64,000 nt of DNA from Candidatus Nealsonbacteria bacterium. GTDB lineage: Bacteria; Patescibacteriota; Minisyncoccia; Minisyncoccales; MHMH01. The stretch is from positions 9,188 to 73,187 of the forward strand of contig JACPGX010000005.1 in NCBI GenBank assembly GCA_016188865.1, written 5' to 3'. The notes beneath the pieces were generated by a model that had not been told where the DNA came from, did not search any database, and worked only from the letters and a program-made list of their open reading frames with translations. Positions 19,185-24,640 of the stretch are shown piece by piece (positions within the stretch are counted from its first letter, which is position 1; each line of letters begins with the position of its first letter). The position numbers and the translations under genes are program-made.

Positions 19185-19784
19185 ATGAAAAAGGATAAAA
19201 GAAAAAATAATCACGTTCAAAAAGACCTCATTATTGAGTTCTTTAAGAAGAATCCAAGCCGAGACATAAAACATCCCGAAGTCGTTGATTGGGTAGTGGC
19301 GACCTACAAAAAGAGAACGGGAAATGTTTTTCGCGATCCCGACAGGTCAATTCGTCAATTGGCACAAAGTGGATTTTTAATAAAAATCGCTAAAGGAATT
19401 TATAAATATGATCCTCAAAAGGCCCATAAAAGAGAGTTGGAGGATTTTACCGCTGCGCAAAAAGAAGTAATTCTTAAAAGAGACGGCTATAAATGTGTTA
19501 TTTGTGGTAGAGGTAAAAAAGACGGCGTTGATTTACATATTGACCATATAAAGCCAAAAGATTTTGGCGGCGAGGCCACAATTGAAAACGGCCAAACATT
19601 ATGTTCACAGCATAATTTTATCAAAAAGAATTTAAAGCAAACCGAGACCGGGAAAAAGATGTTTATCCGTCTCTACGAATTAGCAAAGAGTGAGGGAAAC
19701 GATGAATTAAAAAAGTTTTGCGCCGATATTCTGGAAACCTATGAGAAATATAATATAAATGGCCATATTATATGGAAAAGGTAG
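19185..19784 (+). CDS. HNH endonuclease (candidate restriction enzyme partner)
   Basis: CVICGRGKKDGVDLHIDHIKPKDFGGEATIENGQTLCSQHN. Begins 4 nt after the MTase stop. The N-terminal ~90 aa are unassigned and may be a recognition domain. Confidence 0.8.
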   Translation: MKKDKRKNNHVQKDLIIEFFKKNPSRDIKHPEVVDWVVATYKKRTGNVFRDPDRSIRQLAQSGFLIKIAKGIYKYDPQKAHKRELEDFTAAQKEVILKRDGYKCVICGRGKKDGVDLHIDHIKPKDFGGEATIENGQTLCSQHNFIKKNLKQTETGKKMFIRLYELAKSEGNDELKKFCADILETYEKYNINGHIIWKR

Positions 19785-19813
19785 GGTAATTATTAAAGGC
19801 TTGATTTATAAAT

Positions 19814-19990
19814 ATGATAACTCAACTTCATCCATATCAAGTAAAGGACCTGGAAAAGGCCTACGAAGATATCGAGAAATTAAGAAAAAATACGCAAGGC
19901 ATAAAAGTTGCTACTTGGGTAACGGCAATTTCCACATTAACTATAGCAATTGCTGGTATTGCAACCCTAATAATCCAAACATTAAAATAG
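19814..19990 (+). CDS. Small hypothetical protein with C-terminal TM helix (58 aa, not in ORF track)
   Basis: My translation: MITQLHPYQVKDLEKAYEDIEKLRKNTQGIKVATWVTAISTLTIAIAGIATLIIQTLK. More protein-like than the overlapping 84-aa track ORF. Confidence 0.35.
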   Translation: MITQLHPYQVKDLEKAYEDIEKLRKNTQGIKVATWVTAISTLTIAIAGIATLIIQTLK

Positions 19991-20055
19991 TCTTAATATC
20001 GTCTATTATTTAAATTGGGAAATGCCTAAAATTTTTCTACACCATTTTATATTCT

Positions 20056-20901
20056 ATGCGTTTGAATCCGATCGAAAAAGTAGAAAAAAATCAGTATATC
20101 CGGCTTATAGCGGTAATTGCCGTTGTTCTGGGAGCATTCATTACTATAGTAACTTTTTTTGGTAATATACAGGAGTATCTATACGATAACGTATTTACAT
20201 CGAAAAACATCAGCGACAAAATGAATAGCTTGTCGGCAGGGCAGAGTATAAATTTTTTTAAGCAAGAACTTGGTGCCGAAAAGCTTCAGAGGACAGTTTC
20301 AGAAAAATATACCGAGTACATTTTTCAATACAAGTCATCTTTTATTCAGGCCCTAGTTAATAAAGAAAATAATGAAGTTATATACTGGGCTATAACATAT
20401 TGTGGAAGCAATCCCGTAGTTATTATAAGAAAGGTTTTTTCGACGGCACAATTGTATACTGGGGAAAAAGATTTCTTTGGACGAGAAAGGTACGACTATG
20501 TTTTTGGTAAAAATATTCGGCTCAATGAATCAAGCTTTATTGATATATTCCAAAACGAGAAGGGTGATTTTAAATATTTTGTGTCTGGTGCAACCGCTAA
20601 TTCATTTGCTTATGAATCATTATACGTGGGCAACCCAGGCGCCTATCAGACACTTATAATAGGAGTAAACGACATATGTTCCTCGATAGAGGATTTATAT
20701 AAATATTTGAGCGTTATGAATAATTCGTCTCAAGAGCAAATACAAGAATTTAGGAGGGTGGGTAGGGTTAACACTTATGGCGAAACTGCACCTTTCGCTG
20801 GAGATGAAGTATTACAACTTCTAAATTCTCAACATAGTATAGGTGATCCTTATATAACTTTTGGCGTTGATAGGATTAAGGTCCGTTATTTTAATGATTA
20901 G
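20056..20901 (+). CDS. Hypothetical membrane-anchored protein
   Basis: 281 aa. N-terminal TM LIAVIAVVLGAFITIVTFF. No catalytic motif recognised. Confidence 0.6.
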   Translation: MRLNPIEKVEKNQYIRLIAVIAVVLGAFITIVTFFGNIQEYLYDNVFTSKNISDKMNSLSAGQSINFFKQELGAEKLQRTVSEKYTEYIFQYKSSFIQALVNKENNEVIYWAITYCGSNPVVIIRKVFSTAQLYTGEKDFFGRERYDYVFGKNIRLNESSFIDIFQNEKGDFKYFVSGATANSFAYESLYVGNPGAYQTLIIGVNDICSSIEDLYKYLSVMNNSSQEQIQEFRRVGRVNTYGETAPFAGDEVLQLLNSQHSIGDPYITFGVDRIKVRYFND

Positions 20902-20980
20902 TTAGTTTCTCGTATATTTAATAGACGAAAATTAAAAAGGTGTGAGCAATATCGTCTTAATTTAGTTTCGGTCTATTTTT

Positions 20981-21164
20981 TCCACGCCCCACGCGGAAAA
21001 TTTTCCCCGGCTCGCCTCAACGCGGGCGGGCAAAAGGCCCGCCTTCGTTAAAACTACGGACGGGTAAAAAAGAGGGTTTTAGGGGAAGGGAATTTTTGCC
21101 CGCCTGGGGTGGCGGGTGGGTCTCGCCGAAGGCGAGATTTTTTTGTCCGCCGTGCGACGGACAA
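20981..21164. repeat. Array of GC-rich stem-loops in a non-coding gap
   Basis: GGCGGGC-aaaag-GCCCGCC (21025-21043). GCCCGCC-tggggt-GGCGGGT (21098-21117). TCTCGCC-gaa-GGCGAGA plus T7 (21121-21144). TTGTCCG-ccgtgcga-CGGACAA (21143-21164). A weaker hairpin at 20981-20997. Confidence 0.7.
21121..21144 (+). terminator. Intrinsic terminator within the hairpin array
   Basis: TCTCGCC-gaa-GGCGAGA followed by TTTTTTT. Confidence 0.6.
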
Positions 21165-21267
21165 GGTCAGGCCAGATTTCGCTTTTTTGACTGGTGGATT
21201 AGATTGGGCAAAACGATGGTAAAAGTTTGAGGCCGAACGGAGGAGGGAGCCAGCATTTTTTCTTAAT

Positions 21268-21285
21268 CTTACCTTAAAAATTCCG
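21268..21285 (+). repeat. 18-nt direct repeat CTTACCTTAAAAATTCCG (copy 1)
   Basis: Identical to 26300-26317. The flanking TAA-N also matches, giving 21 of 22 positions. Confidence 0.8.
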
Positions 21286-21296
21286 TTATTTTGACT

Positions 21297-21318
21297 TACC
21301 CAGGATAGGACTCGAACT
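21297..21318 (-). other. tRNA 3'-end-like fragment (T-loop plus acceptor 3' strand)
   Basis: Minus strand reads AGTTCGAGTCCTATCCTGGGTA: T-loop TTCGAGT, T-stem 3' CCTAT, acceptor CCTGGGT, then A. No matching 5' half nearby. Confidence 0.4.
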
Positions 21319-21393
21319 TTTGCAAGAGGATTGTTTTTTTTGGCTAATTTGATAATGTTGCTTAGGCAGAACATTAACAAGGAGATTGATATC

Positions 21394-21717
21394 GTGATTC
21401 ATGACCATGGCAATGCTACGGGAACGTCTTGTTGTCCGATATGTTGTGCAGCTTTTCTTCGTGAATACCCGAACCCAGAAAATGGTGTTGGTGATATTTG
21501 TAGAGCACATGATTACACGGTGAGACTTGCTATTGAGAATGCCAAAAGAGACAATTTTCAAAAAGCAGTTGAGGAAATGGCAAAATGCAAAAGAGATTGC
21601 CATACTGCTGGACACTATGAATGTTGGAGAGACAATTGTAATTGTATTTGTCATGCCGCTCGGCGAGTTCTTGGAATCGCTCTTCCAGAAAGCTACATCC
21701 CCGTTCCCAAGGAATAA
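21394..21717 (+). CDS. Small Cys/His-rich protein 1 (107 aa from GTG)
   Basis: SD aaggag 8 nt before GTG 21394. SCCPICCAAF, CRAHDY and CKRDCHTAGHYECWRDNCNCICH clusters. No known family recognised. Confidence 0.55.
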   Translation: MIHDHGNATGTSCCPICCAAFLREYPNPENGVGDICRAHDYTVRLAIENAKRDNFQKAVEEMAKCKRDCHTAGHYECWRDNCNCICHAARRVLGIALPESYIPVPKE

Positions 21718-21733
21718 AAGGAGGTAGGAGAAA

Positions 21734-21979
21734 ATGAAAATTTGTAAAACTAAGCTAATTCCTTGTCCCGCCGTTTTAACGGAATGGTCTGAATTACCTT
21801 GCATGTGGTCGCAGGAACAATGCGATATCTGGTGCAAGAGAGTTCCAACGTTGCCGTTTGTAGACAAAGATGGCAATCACTTTAAGCCTGATTTGTGCGA
21901 GATTTCCCGAAAAGCTAAAGAGTTTTTTGATGCTGGTTATAAGGAAGTAAAATTAACTGACATTTTTCCAAGAAAATAA
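21734..21979 (+). CDS. Small Cys-rich protein 2 (81 aa)
   Basis: SD aaaggaggtaggag before the ATG. Seven Cys residues, for example CKTKLIPCP, PCMWSQEQCDIWC and DLCEI. Confidence 0.55.
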   Translation: MKICKTKLIPCPAVLTEWSELPCMWSQEQCDIWCKRVPTLPFVDKDGNHFKPDLCEISRKAKEFFDAGYKEVKLTDIFPRK

Positions 21980-22003
21980 GAATATTGATAAGGGGGTTGT
22001 AAA

Positions 22004-22198
22004 ATGCCATACTATAGTCCGACAGAATGCGTTACATGCGAGAAACTCGGCTGTCCCACCGAGGGATTCACAGCAATGTGTTCAAAGTGCGGAGGAATTT
22101 ATTGTTTTGGGCACCTTGGTCGTCATCGTAAGGAAGAGCATAATCTTTGTTACCTTTGCGATGAGAAGTTGCCCTGCCCAGAGCATGGCGATAGTTAA
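22004..22198 (+). CDS. Small zinc-finger-like Cys/His-rich protein 3 (64 aa)
   Basis: SD aaggggg before the ATG. CVTCEKLGC..CSKCGGIYCFGHLGRHRKEEHNLCYLCDEKLPCPEH has three CxxC pairs plus His residues. Confidence 0.55.
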   Translation: MPYYSPTECVTCEKLGCPTEGFTAMCSKCGGIYCFGHLGRHRKEEHNLCYLCDEKLPCPEHGDS

Positions 22199-22303
22199 TA
22201 CTATAATAAGGCGGTGAGGCAGAAGCCAATACCCGCTTTTTAATTTTTGGATTCATTATCAGAAACTATTTTACATTGTGTCTTGTGATGATAAAATAAA
22301 TAT

Positions 22304-22819
22304 ATGAAAAGAAGAGATCTATTGAAATTAATTATTTCGGTTGCTATTTCAGAATTAGCCGGTATCGTGGGTTCATTTTTTACCGTTTCCGCTATTCCGA
22401 ATTGGTATTCTGCGCTAGTTAAGCCGGCATTGAATCCGCCGGCGTGGGTATTCGGGCCGGTGTGGACCACGCTTTACGCATTGATGGGCATTGCCGCGTT
22501 TTTAATTTGGAGAGAATACTCCAAATTAACCCTGAGCGAAGTCGAAGGGCTGATCCCGCAACGCAAGAGACAAATTAAAATGGCGCTTGGAGTATTCGGC
22601 ATCCAGCTTTTCTTGAATGCCATTTGGTCAATCATATTCTTTGGCCTGCAAAATCCCGGCTGGGCACTGGTTGACATCGTTCTTCTCTGGCTTGCAATTG
22701 CATGGACAATGGTTGTGTTCTACAAAATTTCTAAACCAGCGGCATATCTTCTCGTGCCGTATCTTCTCTGGGTAAGCTTTGCCGCCTATCTTAACTACTC
22801 GATTTGGATGTTCAACTGA
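22304..22819 (+). CDS. tspO: TspO/MBR tryptophan-rich sensory protein
   Basis: IPNWYSALVKPALNPPAWVFGPVWTTLYALMG and LFLNAIWSIIFFG. Five TM helices. Confidence 0.85.
   Translation: MKRRDLLKLIISVAISELAGIVGSFFTVSAIPNWYSALVKPALNPPAWVFGPVWTTLYALMGIAAFLIWREYSKLTLSEVEGLIPQRKRQIKMALGVFGIQLFLNAIWSIIFFGLQNPGWALVDIVLLWLAIAWTMVVFYKISKPAAYLLVPYLLWVSFAAYLNYSIWMFN
22529..22549 (-). repeat. Dispersed GC-rich motif copy (reverse orientation) inside tspO
   Basis: ACCCTGAGCGAAGTCGAAGGG is the reverse complement of CCCTTCGACTTCGCTCAGGGT. Encodes TLSEVEG in the TM2-TM3 loop. Confidence 0.6.
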
Positions 22820-22908
22820 AAATCTACCAGTAATTCACGGATCTTAAACGGAGAAATATTGCCGGGAATCTGTCAAATTGCGGTTCTAAATGCGTGAAGC
22901 GCGCGGAG

Positions 22909-22942
22909 CCCATTCGACTCGTTTTGCTTGCTCAGGGCAAGC
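22909..22942 (+). repeat. Dispersed GC-rich motif copy (intergenic, expanded spacer)
   Basis: CCCATTCGAC-N11-GCTCAGGGCAAGC. Also forms the hairpin TTGCTTGC-tcagg-GCAAGCAA. Confidence 0.5.
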
Positions 22943-23025
22943 AAGACCACATTTTTTATCGAGGACCGACTTGCCCGCCGAATCCGTCTAGGGCGGAGAA
23001 GGAGGGGACGCGCCACCTTAGGGGG

Positions 23026-23063
23026 AAAAAGTTCATGGTTCACAGTCTACTATGAACTTTTTT
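23026..23063. terminator. Bidirectional terminator-like hairpin overlapping the first ATG of the 23052 ORF
   Basis: AAAAAGTTCAT-15 nt-ATGAACTTTTT. A TATAAT box follows at 23073-23078. Confidence 0.6.
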
Positions 23064-23099
23064 AGATTATGCTATAATGATTTTAGTATTGATAAAAAC

Positions 23100-24071
23100 A
23101 TGAAAACGTCCGATAAAATCATTCGATACATCAAGGAGGGGGGAGGGGTCAGCCCCAAGCAACTCTCCGATTATTTAGAAATAACGCCAAGAGCTGTTTT
23201 TAAGCACTTGCGTCGGCTTCTTGCCGACGGAAAAGTCTCCAAAATCGGTACGCCGCCGAAAGTTTTTTATAATTTTGTTGAAAAAGTTAAAGACGAGAAA
23301 GATTATCAAATTTCAAACAGCATTAAGAATTTAATAGAAAAACGATTTATTGAGATTAAACCTATCGGCGAGATCGAAGAAGGATGGAGCGCTTTTGCGA
23401 ATTGGTGTGAAAAAAGAGGATTGGATGTTTTGAAATCAGCAGAAGATTACGCAAATATAATTAAAAAGTACGACGCCATTAGAAAGGATGGTTTACTCGA
23501 TGGAATGGGAAAAATGAAAAAGACATTTTCTGAAGTATATCTGGATTATCTTTTTTACCTCGATTTTTATAGTATTGAAAGATTCGGGAAAACCAAATTG
23601 GGCAAAACCCTGCTTTATGCCAAACAAAGTCAGAATAAAATGATGATTAGGGGATTGGCGAAAGAAATCAAGCCGAATATCAAAAATTTGATTAAGAAAT
23701 ATAAGATAGATGCGGTTGGATTTATTCCTCCTACCGTTAAAAGGGAGGTACAACTCATGAAGGAATTGGAAAACGGTTTAGACCTTCAGATCAGTAAAAT
23801 AAACATTACTAAAATTAAAACATCCGTCGTTGTTCCTCAAAAGACGCTCAGTAAATTGGATGACAGGATTGAAAATGCAAAAGCAACTTTCATTGTTGGT
23901 AAAAAGGCGTTTTATAAAAACGTTCTGCTTATTGATGATGCTGTTGGTTCTGGCGCTACGTTCAACGAAATTGCTTCGCAAATCAAGAAAAAAGGTGTCG
24001 CCAGTGGTAAGGTAATTGGAATAGCAATTACCGGTAGCATGAAAGGTTTTGATGTAATTAGTGAAGTTTAG
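23100..24071 (+). CDS. wHTH domain fused to a ComF-type phosphoribosyltransferase domain
   Basis: Start moved to ATG 23100 (MKTSDKIIRYI). wHTH: SPKQLSDYLEITPRAVFKHLRRLLADGKV. PRTase loop: VLLIDDAVGSGATFNEIA. Confidence 0.6.
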   Translation: MKTSDKIIRYIKEGGGVSPKQLSDYLEITPRAVFKHLRRLLADGKVSKIGTPPKVFYNFVEKVKDEKDYQISNSIKNLIEKRFIEIKPIGEIEEGWSAFANWCEKRGLDVLKSAEDYANIIKKYDAIRKDGLLDGMGKMKKTFSEVYLDYLFYLDFYSIERFGKTKLGKTLLYAKQSQNKMMIRGLAKEIKPNIKNLIKKYKIDAVGFIPPTVKREVQLMKELENGLDLQISKINITKIKTSVVVPQKTLSKLDDRIENAKATFIVGKKAFYKNVLLIDDAVGSGATFNEIASQIKKKGVASGKVIGIAITGSMKGFDVISEV

Positions 24072-24235
24072 CCCAATTCAAATCTTAAGCGGAAAGAGCC
24101 GACAATTGCCTCATCTCTCTTAAAGCCACCTCAATATCAGGGAACGCCTTATCTCAGTCAAATGCTCGAATGGTTCGATACTGCTCACCACAAGTCGGTT
24201 AATTGTTGAACTGGGGAGCCAGACGAGACTCTAAC

Positions 24236-24256
24236 CGCCCAGTAATGGGCGTTTTT
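24236..24256 (+). terminator. Intrinsic terminator
   Basis: CGCCCA-gtaa-TGGGCG followed by TTTTT. Lies 165 nt after the PRTase stop. Confidence 0.65.
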
Positions 24257-24306
24257 AGTAGATTTAGATAAAATATTGGTAGATATCGACAGATTTTGGT
24301 AGATTT
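24255..24306 (+). repeat. Three iteron-like direct repeats T(A/G)GTAGAT(T/A)T spaced 20-21 bp
   Basis: GTAGAT cores at 24258, 24279 and 24299. About 75 nt upstream of the DUF4325 gene. Confidence 0.6.
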
Positions 24307-24379
24307 GATGGTGCGTTTGAGACAAAAGATGATATAAAAGAAATATGCGCGGCACATTAGCAAAAATAATTTACTAACT

Positions 24380-24640
24380 ATGCGAATAGAGCTTAAAAAG
24401 TTTGGGAAAGTGCTCACCTCGCGTCCCATGGGGAAGGAGGCGTTTGCGGCAATTCGTCCGATTCTTGACCCGGATGCCGATACGGTGGAAATTGATTTTA
24501 CAGGTGTTCTTTCTCTTTCGCCGTCTTGGGCAGATGAATTTTTCACCGCGCTCAAAAATATGTATGGAAATCGAATAAAGTATCTGCCCACAGACAATCC
24601 GTCGGTAATAGAAACGCTTAAAATCTTGGAAGATATATGA
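24380..24640 (+). CDS. STAS-like DUF4325 domain protein
   Basis: 86 aa. TVEIDFTGVLSLSPSWADEFF matches the V.LDF.GV..ISSSFaDE pattern of DUF4325. Confidence 0.55.
   Translation: MRIELKKFGKVLTSRPMGKEAFAAIRPILDPDADTVEIDFTGVLSLSPSWADEFFTALKNMYGNRIKYLPTDNPSVIETLKILEDI

Noticed and set aside
19759-20013. 84-aa plus-strand ORF from the track, overlapping the HNH gene end.
   Set aside because: Its sequence is compositionally odd (NYSNCWYCNPNNPN). The alternative 58-aa frame (19814-19990) gives a clean amphipathic N-terminus plus a TM helix. Both remain low confidence.
21297-21380. A complete minus-strand tRNA or tmRNA-like gene around the T-loop/acceptor fragment.
   Set aside because: No complementary 5' acceptor strand (ACCCAGG), D arm or anticodon arm could be found within 100 nt. 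Homology stops right after the T-loop, so it is treated as a scar only.
21054-21876. Minus-strand ORFs of 108 aa (21054-21380) and 196 aa (21286-21876) over the hairpin array and the Cys-rich cassette.
   Set aside because: The plus-strand ORFs each have a strong SD and tight spacing. The minus-strand frames cross the GC hairpins and the tRNA-like scar, and their translations look like composition artefacts.
22840-23025. Possible ykkC-type (guanidine/PRPP) riboswitch upstream of the PRTase-domain gene.
   Set aside because: Only loose fragments are present (CUAGGGCGG, ACGCGCC, GGGGGAAAAAG). The GGUCCGAGAG-type core is absent and the element order does not fit.
23052-23099. First 16 codons of the 339-aa track ORF.
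   Set aside because: The ATG at 23052 lies inside a terminator-like hairpin and upstream of a TATAAT box at 23073. The start was moved to ATG 23100.
24072-24235. GGTTCGATAC..CTCACCA string (about 24163-24190) as another tRNA 3' remnant or att site.
   Set aside because: The T-stem pairing is absent and there is no repeat partner in the window, so the evidence is too weak.
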